NCBI GenBank assembly: GCA_965216635.1
Contig: OZ244188.1
Span: forward strand, 1,088,001-1,152,000
Length of the DNA stretch: 64,000 bases
Source: a bacterium
GTDB taxonomy: Bacteria; SAR324; XYD2-FULL-50-16; G965216635
Direction of reading: 5' to 3'
Below are positions 43,600 to 53,058 of the stretch, one piece after another (position 1 is the stretch's first letter; the number at the start of each line of letters is the position of its first letter). The notes beneath the pieces were generated by a model. The model saw only the letters and a program-made list of their open reading frames with translations. It did no database searches and had not been told where the DNA came from. The position numbers and the translations under genes are program-made.

Positions 43600-44648
43600 T
43601 TTATTCTTTTTTTGGTGTTATAATCAAATAGTAAAAAAGCAGATTCTTTTCCTTGAAAAAAAATCTGGCTGTTCATTTCTTGCTTAAAATCTTTGGAAGC
43701 CGAAGAATGAATAACAGTATCTTTGAGTTTCATAGCAACTAGGGTTTGATTGCCTAGCTTTTCTAAATTATAAATTTTACCATTAAATTGGGCTTTACTC
43801 TTGGAAGTAACTACAAGGTCTTCGGGACGTATTCCTAGATAAGCCTTTTGGTTTTTTATTTTTTTACTAATTTTTACTTTTACTCCTTCTGCTAAAAAGA
43901 ATTGGTTTTGGATTTCCCCTGAAATTAGATTCATAGGTGGAGATCCAATAAAACCAGCTACAAATATATCTTGAGGTTTGTCGTATATTTCTTGTGGAGT
44001 TCCAAGCTGGACAATTTCTCCCTTGTTCATTATAGCTACTCTATCCGCCATTGTCATAGCTTCTATTTGGTCGTGGGTCACATAAACAGTCGTGATTTTT
44101 AAAATTTTTTGTAATCTTTTTATTTCAGAACGCATAATCACGCGTAATTTTGCGTCTAAATTAGAAAGAGGCTCATCCATCAAAAAACAGTTCGGTTGCC
44201 TTACAATAGCTCTTGCAAGAGCTACTCTTTGTTTTTGTCCGCCAGAAAGTTCTTTAGGTTTCCTGTGCAAAAAATCTTCTAACTCTACCATTTTAGCAGC
44301 TTGGATAATCTTTTCATTATGAAGATTTTTATCAATTTTACGAACTTTGAGAGGAAAACGAATATTGTCATAGACCGACAAATGGGCGTAAAGTCCATAA
44401 TTTTGAAAAACCATTGCTACATCTCTTTCTCTGGGCTCTAGTCTGTTGACGATTTTATCTCCTATGATTATTTCTCCTTCATCGGGAGATTCTAATCCTG
44501 CTATAATTCGCATACTTGTTGTTTTTCCACAGCCAGAGGGACCCAAAAGAACCAAAAATTCTTTATCTTTGATTTCTAGGTTAATGTTTTTTACCCCGTA
44601 AAAATCTCCCCATTTTTTAGTTATCTTTTTAAAAATAATTTTTGCCAT
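43596..44648 (-). CDS. Carbohydrate-type ABC transporter ATPase (MalK family)
   Basis: GPSGCGKT, LSGGQKQRVALARA, DEPLSNLDAKLR, YVTHDQIEAM. Confidence 0.95.
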   Translation of the reverse strand: MAKIIFKKITKKWGDFYGVKNINLEIKDKEFLVLLGPSGCGKTTSMRIIAGLESPDEGEIIIGDKIVNRLEPRERDVAMVFQNYGLYAHLSVYDNIRFPLKVRKIDKNLHNEKIIQAAKMVELEDFLHRKPKELSGGQKQRVALARAIVRQPNCFLMDEPLSNLDAKLRVIMRSEIKRLQKILKITTVYVTHDQIEAMTMADRVAIMNKGEIVQLGTPQEIYDKPQDIFVAGFIGSPPMNLISGEIQNQFFLAEGVKVKISKKIKNQKAYLGIRPEDLVVTSKSKAQFNGKIYNLEKLGNQTLVAMKLKDTVIHSSASKDFKQEMNSQIFFQGKESAFLLFDYNTKKRIK

Positions 44649-44672
44649 AGTTTTTTTTTGTCTCGTAAAAAA

Positions 44673-45509
44673 TTAGCCTTTCACAGCACCCTGCACCAAT
44701 CCAGATACAAGCTGCTTTTGAAAAATAAGAATGAGTATTAAAAGAGGAAATACAATAGATACTGCTCCTGTAATACCGTGCATCAGTTTGGTTAAATCAT
44801 CGTCCGAAAAAATATAGTTGGCTAGAGCAGAAGTCATAGTAAGTTTGTCCGCGTTCATCAGTTGGCTAGAAATTAGATAATCGTTATAAGCCAAAAGAAA
44901 GGAAAAAAGCGCCGTTGTAATAACACCGGGCCACATAACAGGCATAATGGCTTTGCGAAAAGCTTGCAGATGAGTACAACCGTCTACTAAAGCAGCCTCG
45001 TCTAGTTCTCGGGGAATGTTGGCAAAAAAAGAACGCAGCATCCAGATAGTAAAGGGCTGGTTTATCGCAACCAAAACTAGAATTAAAGTGTCGTAACGAT
45101 TCCAAATACCCAACGCAAAAAAAGCTGGTTTATACCCCGCCAAAAGAACTACATGGGGCATAGCCCGAAAAATTAAAGCTGTGATAAGCAACCAAAAACC
45201 AAAAGAGCCTTTATAGCGAGAAAGGGCATAACCTGCTAAACAGCCAATAGTCATAGAAATCACAACTGTGCCTAAAGTAATAATGGCGGAATTGATGGAT
45301 TGCATCCAAAAGCTATCCACTATCCAAACTTTATGAAAATGTTCTAAAGTAAATTCAGCAAAGATTTTTGGAGGCTGTGCAAAAGCATCTACTGGTTTTC
45401 TAAAAGAAATTAGAACCATCCAAAAAAAAGGGAAAGCTGCCAAAAATACCCAAACCAAAAGAAAGCTGGAGTTGAGTGATTTTAAGGCAAAAGATTTTTT
45501 TTCTACCAT
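44673..45509 (-). CDS. CUT1 ABC permease (MalG-like)
   Basis: IPRELDEAALVDG EAA motif; GLVQGAVKG terminus. Confidence 0.92.
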   Translation of the reverse strand: MVEKKSFALKSLNSSFLLVWVFLAAFPFFWMVLISFRKPVDAFAQPPKIFAEFTLEHFHKVWIVDSFWMQSINSAIITLGTVVISMTIGCLAGYALSRYKGSFGFWLLITALIFRAMPHVVLLAGYKPAFFALGIWNRYDTLILVLVAINQPFTIWMLRSFFANIPRELDEAALVDGCTHLQAFRKAIMPVMWPGVITTALFSFLLAYNDYLISSQLMNADKLTMTSALANYIFSDDDLTKLMHGITGAVSIVFPLLILILIFQKQLVSGLVQGAVKG

Positions 45510-46591
45510 TATGTCTCTTTAAAAGTTTTTCGTAAAATTGGAATCAGTAAAATCACAATTCCTACAGCATTTAACAAAGCGGAAGCTGCCGCTTTATGAT
45601 AGTTATTTTTTTCGTTGAGTAAATCATAAGTTAGATATTGCAGAGAATTTGCGTACAAATTAGAACCAAAAACAAGCACAGGTTCAAATACACGGTAAGC
45701 ATCCATTAAGTGAATCAAAGTAATGAAAAGAAAGAGAGGCATCAAATGAGGAAAGATAACATAACGTATCCGCTCCCAACGGTTAGCACCGTCCACAACG
45801 GCTGCTTCCATAGAATCTTGAGGCACTGTTTGTAGACCAGCATAAAACACAACAAAAGCAAAAGGAGAAACATGCCAAATTCCATAAAAAATAATCAGAG
45901 TACGGATGGTGAAAGCATCTTTGAGAAAGTAAATTTTTCCAAGTCCAAGTTGTTCTAAGATACTGGCTACAACGGCGTTATCCAAAAAAAGCCAATAAAT
46001 GGATAAAGAACCCACTACAGGTGTAATAATAAATGGAAGTAAAGACGCAAAGATAAGGCTACCTTTTAATGCTTGAATAGAGCTATTGACTGCTAAAGCG
46101 AGCAGAAACCCAAGTATTAAAACAAAAGGGGTCGTTGCAAAAACATAAAGTAAAGTAAATTCTAAAGCTCGCCAAAAAGGAATATCTGTAATTGTAATAT
46201 AAAATTCTTCTAGTTTTTCTGCAAAACTTAACTCTTCTACTGGATAGAAAGATTTGTGGAGTGCCTCTAAATCCAAAACTTCGCTTATATTTTTGCTACC
46301 AACATATTCCCATACTTCAATAGGATTACCTGCTTCATCTAATACAGGTTGGGCAATTACTTCTGTTTTTTCTTGCACTAATCCTCCAAGCAGGGGGCTT
46401 GAAAATTTTACTTCTGTGAGTTTGGTTTTTGTGTGGGAATTAAAAACAGAAAGGTAAAGTACTCCAACTAAAGGCAATGCTATAAGCGCAAACATTACAA
46501 TTACAGAAGGCGATACAAAAAAAAGAAAAGTTTTAAGTTTCACATTTTTTTTTATATTTTTACGAGCCCCCATTGCACAACTAGTATGCAA
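45509..46591 (-). CDS. CUT1 ABC permease (MalF-like); true start possibly GTG 46543
   Basis: AGLQTVP..MEAAVVDGA EAA motif; periplasmic loop insertion. Confidence 0.9.
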   Translation of the reverse strand: MHTSCAMGARKNIKKNVKLKTFLFFVSPSVIVMFALIALPLVGVLYLSVFNSHTKTKLTEVKFSSPLLGGLVQEKTEVIAQPVLDEAGNPIEVWEYVGSKNISEVLDLEALHKSFYPVEELSFAEKLEEFYITITDIPFWRALEFTLLYVFATTPFVLILGFLLALAVNSSIQALKGSLIFASLLPFIITPVVGSLSIYWLFLDNAVVASILEQLGLGKIYFLKDAFTIRTLIIFYGIWHVSPFAFVVFYAGLQTVPQDSMEAAVVDGANRWERIRYVIFPHLMPLFLFITLIHLMDAYRVFEPVLVFGSNLYANSLQYLTYDLLNEKNNYHKAAASALLNAVGIVILLIPILRKTFKET

Positions 46592-46598
46592 TGGGTCT
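46564..46598. terminator. Intercistronic hairpin between the SBP and permease genes (attenuator or mRNA stabiliser)
   Basis: cccattgca..tgcaatggg stem. Confidence 0.5.
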
Positions 46599-46606
46599 CC
46601 AGTTTG

Positions 46607-47848
46607 TTATTTGATATAACCTTTATCTCTGGCAGCTTGTTCGTATTCAGCAACTGCATCTCTCAATGATTCTTGGGCGCTTTCTTTGTTAGAAAGATAA
46701 TCCCCAATATTATTTCCAAGAGCCGTGTGAATTAGACTCATTTGTGGAGTCAAAGGGTAAGAAGGAGCTCCTTTTTTTAAAGAAGCTATTACGCCTTCAG
46801 CAAAACGAGTTGGTTTGTAGTTAGATCGCAACCAAACAGCCGTATCGTTATTTTCGGCTACAACAGATTCTTTTAAACCTTCCATCATAACTTGAAAAAC
46901 AACATCTGCGTCGCCATCAGAATTTTTAGGAATAGCAAAAGCATCCCACCAAAGAGTAGTAGCAGATTTTTTTCCTTTTGCAGAAGGAGCCGCAGCAAAG
47001 GCTACTTTGCCAACGACCGTAGATTCTTTTTTATCGTCCATTTTTAATGCCCGACTCCCCCAAAGGTTAGCCATTGCAATTTTACCCTGTTGGAATTGCT
47101 GAGTAACCGCAGTGCTATCTAAAGACAGTGCGTTGGGAGACATAAAAGCTAACAAATCTTTCATTAAAGATAAGGTTTTTCTACCAGCACTAGAATTAAA
47201 CTTTGCTCTACCTGTTTTAGGGTCAAAGAACTTTCCATTAAAACCCAAAAAGATATTGTTAAATTCTTGTGCCAAATTCCAGCCTGCTTTATAAGTCCCG
47301 CTCAAAGGAAACTCTATGGAAGATTCGTTCTTCAGTTTTTTAGCAGCAGCAAGTACATCTTTATAGCTTCTCGGCTCCTTGATTTTATTTTTTTTAAAGA
47401 TATCTTTGCGATAAAACAAATGCTGTGCATTGGCTTGAAAAGCAATCGCTATAATATTATTGTCAAATTTAATTAACATACTGTCTTCAATTTTATATTT
47501 TTTGCGATACTTTTTAACAAGATCATTCAAAACTAGAAGTTGTCCTGCCGCTTGAGCTGGAGTAATGGTACTATTGCTAAACTGAATCAAATCGTAAGGA
47601 GATTTATTTGCAGATAAAGCGCTAGGTATTTCTGTTCTGTGATCTTTATTTAATTTATGGCTAACTTTCAAAGAAGAGCTATTGCATTCTTTAAAAGCCT
47701 TACTCAATACTTCCAATACTGGAAAAGAATTAGAAAGAATTTGTACTTCACCTGTTGCAGAAATATTGCACTTTGCAAAAGCTACACTAGGCAAGAAGAG
47801 TAAAATCAATAAAAACAAATTTATTTTGTTTAGAATATATTTTTTCAT
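46607..47848 (-). CDS. CUT1 ABC extracellular solute-binding protein
   Basis: Signal peptide AFA|K, LFYRKDIF, FQQGKIAM..LWGSRA, TLWWDAF. Confidence 0.88.
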   Translation of the reverse strand: MKKYILNKINLFLLILLFLPSVAFAKCNISATGEVQILSNSFPVLEVLSKAFKECNSSSLKVSHKLNKDHRTEIPSALSANKSPYDLIQFSNSTITPAQAAGQLLVLNDLVKKYRKKYKIEDSMLIKFDNNIIAIAFQANAQHLFYRKDIFKKNKIKEPRSYKDVLAAAKKLKNESSIEFPLSGTYKAGWNLAQEFNNIFLGFNGKFFDPKTGRAKFNSSAGRKTLSLMKDLLAFMSPNALSLDSTAVTQQFQQGKIAMANLWGSRALKMDDKKESTVVGKVAFAAAPSAKGKKSATTLWWDAFAIPKNSDGDADVVFQVMMEGLKESVVAENNDTAVWLRSNYKPTRFAEGVIASLKKGAPSYPLTPQMSLIHTALGNNIGDYLSNKESAQESLRDAVAEYEQAARDKGYIK

Positions 47849-47872
47849 AATAATTATGATAAATTAAGGTTA

Positions 47873-48043
47873 TAGACTTTTGAATTTGCTTGTCTAGTTT
47901 AGCCATTCGGCTAGCCCCAATAGTGGGGTAAGTAGCAGCGAAATTTAAAGGTCTAGGTTATAGACTTTTGAATTTGCTTGTCTAGTTTAGCCATTCGGCT
48001 AGCCCCAATAGTGGGGTAAGTAGTAGCGAAATTTAAAGGTCTA
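47873..48043. mobile_element. Two tandem 83-bp MITE-like copies separated and flanked by GGTTA
   Basis: ggtta-[47873-47955]-ggtta-[47961-48043]-ggtta; the copies differ at one base. Confidence 0.9.
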
Positions 48044-48100
48044 GGTTATTAAAAATAAAGCGTAAAAAGATTAGAAATTATCTCTTCTTTTTACAAAACA

Positions 48101-48137
48101 TAGACTGTTGAATTAGGTATTCTAGTTCAACAATCTC
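48101..48137. mobile_element. Minimal MITE-like remnant (37 bp)
   Basis: tagactgttgaattag..tagttcaacaatctc; flanks aaaca/ataca. Confidence 0.55.
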
Positions 48138-48169
48138 ATACATAGTTATTTCATAAGCACTTTAGATTA

Positions 48170-48290
48170 TAGACCTTTGAATTTGCTTGTCAAAGTTTAT
48201 CTTATGCTGTGCTAAAAAAAAATTTTGCACTTATTTCCCATTTGGCTAGCCCCAATAGTGGGGTAAGCAGCAGCGAAATTCAAAGGTCTA
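48170..48290. mobile_element. MITE-like element (121 bp), GATTA target duplication, overlapping the RraA-like gene end
   Basis: tagacctttgaattt...aaattcaaaggtcta; gatta on both sides. Confidence 0.88.
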
Positions 48291-48999
48291 GATTATGTTT
48301 AAAATCAGGTTTATAGTTTGTAAAATCTTCCCACGCCTGCTCTAGTTTTTTAAAGTCAAATCCTTTCTTTCTTGCTGTTTTTAGAATAGGAGCTTCTTTT
48401 TCCATAACAGAAAGAACACATTGAGGCATTTTAGATAAATATTTTTTTTCTATAATCACTGCTCCGTGTCTATCTGCGTGAATTATATCGCGAGGAGAAA
48501 CTCGCAAACCAAATACTTCCACTTCGCAATCTATTTTACTTACCCAAACATGAGCGTGAGAAGGTCCCAAAGAGCCCGCTAATACTTGAAAACAGGGGTC
48601 TAAAGTTCCTAAATCTCTCAAAACTCCATTAGTCAATACTCCTTTTATACCTAAATTTTTATGAATAGCAACATTAATCTCTCCCCAAAAAGCAGAAATA
48701 GGTATTGTGTCTTTATCTTCTATAACCAAAACCGAATTTTCTGCTGCATTTGCAATATAGCGGTAGTAATCCAAACGGAGTTTTTTTACTGCTTTATTGG
48801 TTAAGGGTGAAGGTTGTCTTCCTTGAATTTTTGCAGTGATTGCATAGCCTACAAAAGCCGACAAATTAGCATCAACACAAACAAGTGTACCTACCGTAAA
48901 CCCGCTATTCATTCTTTTACCTACAGCAAGCTCTAGGGCGTTACAAATTGTAGGTGTATCATATTTTGCTAAAAATGCAAAAATTTCTTTTTCTTTCAT
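48280..48999 (-). CDS. RraA-family protein (HMG/CHA aldolase-like)
   Basis: DTPTICNALE, AFWGEIN, GVLTNGVLRD, DIIHADRHGAV. Confidence 0.8.
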   Translation of the reverse strand: MKEKEIFAFLAKYDTPTICNALELAVGKRMNSGFTVGTLVCVDANLSAFVGYAITAKIQGRQPSPLTNKAVKKLRLDYYRYIANAAENSVLVIEDKDTIPISAFWGEINVAIHKNLGIKGVLTNGVLRDLGTLDPCFQVLAGSLGPSHAHVWVSKIDCEVEVFGLRVSPRDIIHADRHGAVIIEKKYLSKMPQCVLSVMEKEAPILKTARKKGFDFKKLEQAWEDFTNYKPDFKHNLDL

Positions 49000-49724
49000 A
49001 CCTCACAAAAATAATTCAAAACTATTTTGTTAAATTTTGGTGAATTTTCCAAACAGCTAAGATGTCCAACTTTTTTTAATATTTCTAATTTTGAATTTCT
49101 TATCAACTGATGCATTTCTTGGTGTTGCATAACTGGACAAAGAGTATCATCTTCACCACACAAAATTAAAGTGGGACAATCACTATTTTGCAAAGTTTGA
49201 CTGTAATCTTTTCTGTCTCTCAAAGCAATAGATTGTTTTTCAAATGTATTTTCTCCTAATTTCAAAGCCATTTGTGTCACTAAGGTATAAATTTTTTTTT
49301 TTTTCATATTGTTTTTTCCTAAACTAGGAGAAAGATATTGAGGTTTCATTTTTTCCACCACAAATTTTTTTAACCCCTCTTTTTTGACTTGTTCTATCTC
49401 TGCTTTTCGTTGGACTTTTCTTTTTGGCAATTCTTTTTGGTAGTTTGTATTTGCTAAAACTATAGCTTTCACTCTATTTCTTGCTTGTTTTAAAATCTCC
49501 ATCAAAATAATTCCTCCCATAGAAAGTCCTAAACCAAAAAATTTTTCTGTAGGAATTTTTTTTAAAATTTCTTTAGCTATTTCTTGAATAGTTTGTTTTT
49601 CCAAAGCTTTTGCAGATGGATTCCAGATAAAAAAATTTTGTTGAAAATCTTTATTTTCCCATTGCTCTTGCCAGAGTCTTTCATCACACATCATACCCGG
49701 TATAAAGACTAGAGTTTCTCTCAT
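48996..49724 (-). CDS. Alpha/beta hydrolase
   Basis: PGMMCD, GLSMGG nucleophile elbow, CGEDD.LCP, GHLS.LE. Confidence 0.85.
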   Translation of the reverse strand: MRETLVFIPGMMCDERLWQEQWENKDFQQNFFIWNPSAKALEKQTIQEIAKEILKKIPTEKFFGLGLSMGGIILMEILKQARNRVKAIVLANTNYQKELPKRKVQRKAEIEQVKKEGLKKFVVEKMKPQYLSPSLGKNNMKKKKIYTLVTQMALKLGENTFEKQSIALRDRKDYSQTLQNSDCPTLILCGEDDTLCPVMQHQEMHQLIRNSKLEILKKVGHLSCLENSPKFNKIVLNYFCEV

Positions 49725-50842
49725 CGTGATTCGTTAAAAAGTTTAACACCTTGACAAAGACTTTCTAGTTTTTTATAAGCTATCTCTCCGTAGACTGTTC
49801 CAAATCCTGCAAAAGTAGCAAACCCGCAATCGCTACCAGCTATTACCCTATCTACTCCCAAAATATCTACAAATTTTTCTACTCTTTGTTTGACCAGTCT
49901 TGGGTGCTCTATAAAGTTTGTAGTGCTATCAATCACACCCGGAATAACGATTAAATCTTCTGGAATTTGAAATTGTTGCCAAGTTTCCCATTCGTGAGCG
50001 TGTCTTGGATTGGAAGATTCTACTAAAAGATAGCCTACATTCATACGTAAAATAGAGGGCAGAATTTTTCTCAATTCTATATCACAATGGTGGGGACCTT
50101 CATAATTTCCCCAACAAACATGCAACCGAACTCTGTTTTTAGGAATGCCGTCTAAAGCAAAAGCAAGACAATTCAAATGCAATTCTAGTTTTTTTAAAAA
50201 TTGCTCATCCGATAGGTCAGAATAAAGTATATGTCTTCCTAAAGCTAAATCAGGAGCATCAATTTGTAAAATCAAACCAGCATCTACTATAGCCCGATAT
50301 TCACATTTCATAATTCTACTAAGTTCTTTCAAATACTCCTCAAAACTATCGTAACAACAGGCTGGTTGGAAAAGAGCAACAACACCAGGAGAAGCAGAAT
50401 TCATAAAACCTTCTTTGTATCCGTGTTTTTTTAAAGCCTTTTGAAAACGAGAAATATCTTTTTGGCAAGGAAGAGTTTTATATTCTGTTAGTTTTGTTAC
50501 GCACTGCGGTCTTTTATAAGTTGGAGTTCCACCACTAGCAGCAATTTTTTTTAAATAAAATGGAAACTGTTGTAGATCTGCTGGGGCTTTTCTAGGGCTA
50601 TCTCCAGCAAAACCATCTACTCTCTCACTAATATAAGTAGCATAAGAAATTTTTGACATTTCTCCATCTGAAGGAATACTAATACCAATCTCTTTTTGTT
50701 TAGCGACAATTTCCATTACAGCTTTGTCAAAAGAAGCTTCTGCGGTTTCGTCTTTTGTTTTCGTTCCAGCTTCTATAGAAAATAATAATTCTGTTATTTC
50801 TTCATTACGGGGCAGACTGCCAACATGGGTGCTTTGAATCAT
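49721..50842 (-). CDS. Cobalamin-independent methionine synthase II / epoxyalkane:CoM transferase-like Zn enzyme
   Basis: THVGSLPR, SDGE, LQIDAPDL, HVCWGNYEGPH, DCGF Zn-ligand motifs; single barrel. Confidence 0.85.
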   Translation of the reverse strand: MIQSTHVGSLPRNEEITELLFSIEAGTKTKDETAEASFDKAVMEIVAKQKEIGISIPSDGEMSKISYATYISERVDGFAGDSPRKAPADLQQFPFYLKKIAASGGTPTYKRPQCVTKLTEYKTLPCQKDISRFQKALKKHGYKEGFMNSASPGVVALFQPACCYDSFEEYLKELSRIMKCEYRAIVDAGLILQIDAPDLALGRHILYSDLSDEQFLKKLELHLNCLAFALDGIPKNRVRLHVCWGNYEGPHHCDIELRKILPSILRMNVGYLLVESSNPRHAHEWETWQQFQIPEDLIVIPGVIDSTTNFIEHPRLVKQRVEKFVDILGVDRVIAGSDCGFATFAGFGTVYGEIAYKKLESLCQGVKLFNESR

Positions 50843-50883
50843 TTTATTTTTTTTATAATCAAACTTACAAGAGGTTGCTGTTT

Positions 50884-51888
50884 TTACAAAAATACAGGCT
50901 TCTGGGGATTATCCCCACCTCGCACAACAAAAGAGTGAGACTTTTCAGAAGAAGATCGGAATATTCTTTCTTCATCTTTAGGAACACTAAACTGGTCTCC
51001 TGCATTTAAAACAACTTCTCCTTGTTCTAATTGAATTTGTAAAATTCCACTTTGTTGCAGAATTACTTCTTCTTCTTTTCTTATATGCTTTGCTATTTCA
51101 CTACCGTTTTCCATAACAAGCTGTCTAAGATTAAACCCGTGTTGCCACCAACCAGAAATAGGACCCTTTGAGAATCCGTCATCGGTTACTTGAGGAGTAA
51201 TAATAGCGCATTCCATTACACCCTTTGTTTTTAAAAGAGAAAATTCATTATTTAGCAAATCTTCAGCACGAGCAATACAGGATTTCATAGAGTCCATATC
51301 AGGAGTCTTTAAAGCAGCTATTTCTGCTTCTGTAGGAGGTTTTTCTTTTTCTGCGCCTTCAGGGATTGTCTCTCCTATTGTCGTATCAATAAGTTTACCT
51401 CCTTTTAAAAGAACCAATCCGTATTTTTCAGCTAACTCAAAAACCGAAGGAGCCCAAACTACTTTACCTGGTTTATTTCCTCCTAAAACTGCAAAAAGAT
51501 AACTTGTAGCATCGCCTATATTCTCAAAACCACGAAACATTTTTGTAGGTAGTGAAATGGTATCTCCTTCGTTTAGATCCAAATAACCATCTTCGCGATT
51601 CGCTCCAAGAAAAAACCTCCATTTTCCATTATGAACAATAAAAACTTCTGCCGTATCGTGGCTATGTTGTGAATTCAAACAACCCGCGGGTTGTCTTGCT
51701 CCTCCGATATTGAATCCGTGAGGTAACGGAATATGCACATGTTGATTTGGATTTTCCGAAACTCCAGGCCCTATCACAGTAAAATTTTCTTTTTGGTTAG
51801 ACCCTGGGGTGCGAGAATCTACAAAAGCATTTTTGCAGGGTATCAAATCTGCGTATTTTACTAGTCTGTCTTGATATGGATTTTTCAT
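50884..51888 (-). CDS. Bicupin protein
   Basis: HSHDTAEVF..H.G.W and GDTISLP...RGFEN; second domain H.R.EEEV..GDQFSVP. Confidence 0.75.
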   Translation of the reverse strand: MKNPYQDRLVKYADLIPCKNAFVDSRTPGSNQKENFTVIGPGVSENPNQHVHIPLPHGFNIGGARQPAGCLNSQHSHDTAEVFIVHNGKWRFFLGANREDGYLDLNEGDTISLPTKMFRGFENIGDATSYLFAVLGGNKPGKVVWAPSVFELAEKYGLVLLKGGKLIDTTIGETIPEGAEKEKPPTEAEIAALKTPDMDSMKSCIARAEDLLNNEFSLLKTKGVMECAIITPQVTDDGFSKGPISGWWQHGFNLRQLVMENGSEIAKHIRKEEEVILQQSGILQIQLEQGEVVLNAGDQFSVPKDEERIFRSSSEKSHSFVVRGGDNPQKPVFL

Positions 51889-51917
51889 TTTTCAAATTGT
51901 TGAATTGGTTAATAATA

Positions 51918-51950
51918 GAGACCTTTGAATTTGGCAAATTCAAAAGTCTA
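51918..51950. mobile_element. TIR-only MITE (33 bp), TAATA target duplication
   Basis: gagacctttgaatttg/gcaaattcaaaagtcta; taata on both sides; supplies the TAG stop of 51948..52919. Confidence 0.8.
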
Positions 51951-52919
51951 TAATAAATTGAGATAAATTTGTTCAAACACAGCCACTTCGTCTATCAAAT
52001 GCCATTCACAAATGACTTTATCTTGATATAGATAGGCTTGAGAAATTCCTAAAATATAAATAGGAGCAAAACTAGGTGCTCCAAAATAACCACTTCCGGT
52101 ATGTTGAGCACAAACCGACCAGCGAGCCGCCACTTTAGTGGGTAATCCTAGAATAGACTCTTCTGCCAAATGATCTATACTAAATTTGACACTACTAAAA
52201 GAACTCAGATAGCCAAAATAAAATTGATGTAGCATTTCGTGTCCGTATAGAGTGCGAGAATTGGGAACTTCACTGCGGACTGCTGCGACATATTTATTTG
52301 TAATTTCTGTTAATTTTCCTTTCCAAATGTTTTTTAAAGTTTGAACGTAATCACTCGCTTTACTACCATCCAGTAATAAATTTTCCTTGAAGTTTTCACA
52401 CTTCATAAGGTGAAATTTTTTTACCTTGTTTTTATTTTTTAGAGCTAATTTTTTAGCATAATCTTTAAAATCTATACCCAATTGTGTAAGCAAACCGCTT
52501 AAATCTCTAATTAACCATTCTTCTATAACTTGAGCTTTTCTTATCAAACAATCCGCAATTCCTCTAATAACTACTCGCTTTCCATTGGCTTTTCCAAAAA
52601 GCCCATCCCCAGTTTTTTGCATTACATTCATAATACGATGAGAAGAATAAAGCTCATTGTTTTTCTCTTGTTTAGGTATTATATCTTCAGGCAATAATCT
52701 GCGATTAGGAAAAGCATTGAGCATTTCCAAAGTAGATAAAACTACATTTTCTACTCCTTCTTGGTAGTCATTAGGAAGGTGCATTTTTACATTTTGGCAA
52801 TAATAACGGCGAATGCTATCTATATCTCTTTCTTCCCAAATGCGGTGTGTGATTTTTATAATAAAATCTTCCAAGTCTTTAAATTCAGAATCAAATCCTT
52901 CAGGAAGTTTAATACTCAT
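51948..52919 (-). CDS. Tandem SnoaL-like/NTF2 (ester cyclase) domain protein
   Basis: RIWEER, AFPNR, GLFGKANGK..EEWLIRD; second half HTG.GYFGAPS..EW.LIDE. Confidence 0.72.
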   Translation of the reverse strand: MSIKLPEGFDSEFKDLEDFIIKITHRIWEERDIDSIRRYYCQNVKMHLPNDYQEGVENVVLSTLEMLNAFPNRRLLPEDIIPKQEKNNELYSSHRIMNVMQKTGDGLFGKANGKRVVIRGIADCLIRKAQVIEEWLIRDLSGLLTQLGIDFKDYAKKLALKNKNKVKKFHLMKCENFKENLLLDGSKASDYVQTLKNIWKGKLTEITNKYVAAVRSEVPNSRTLYGHEMLHQFYFGYLSSFSSVKFSIDHLAEESILGLPTKVAARWSVCAQHTGSGYFGAPSFAPIYILGISQAYLYQDKVICEWHLIDEVAVFEQIYLNLL

Positions 52920-52941
52920 TATATTTTTGCTGATAATAGAT

Positions 52942-52994
52942 TAGACCTTTGAATCCGCTCCCAACGGTTAGCATAACACAAATTCAAAGGTCTA
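52942..52994. mobile_element. Short MITE-like element (53 bp)
   Basis: tagacctttgaat...attcaaaggtcta; no clean TSD. Confidence 0.7.
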
Positions 52995-53058
52995 TACTAA
53001 ACGGTTGTTTTTAAAAAATATATTTCCTGCGCCCAATGATCAGAACAGTAAAAGTTTT

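Noticed and set aside
47868..48048. Possible mini-CRISPR
   Set aside because: Two near-identical element copies joined by a 5-bp TSD; no spacer diversity
41988..52994. Integron cassettes or composite transposons bounded by the palindromes
   Set aside because: Most elements carry their own TSD (independent insertions), lack attC RYYYAAC/GTTRRRY cores, and no integrase is present
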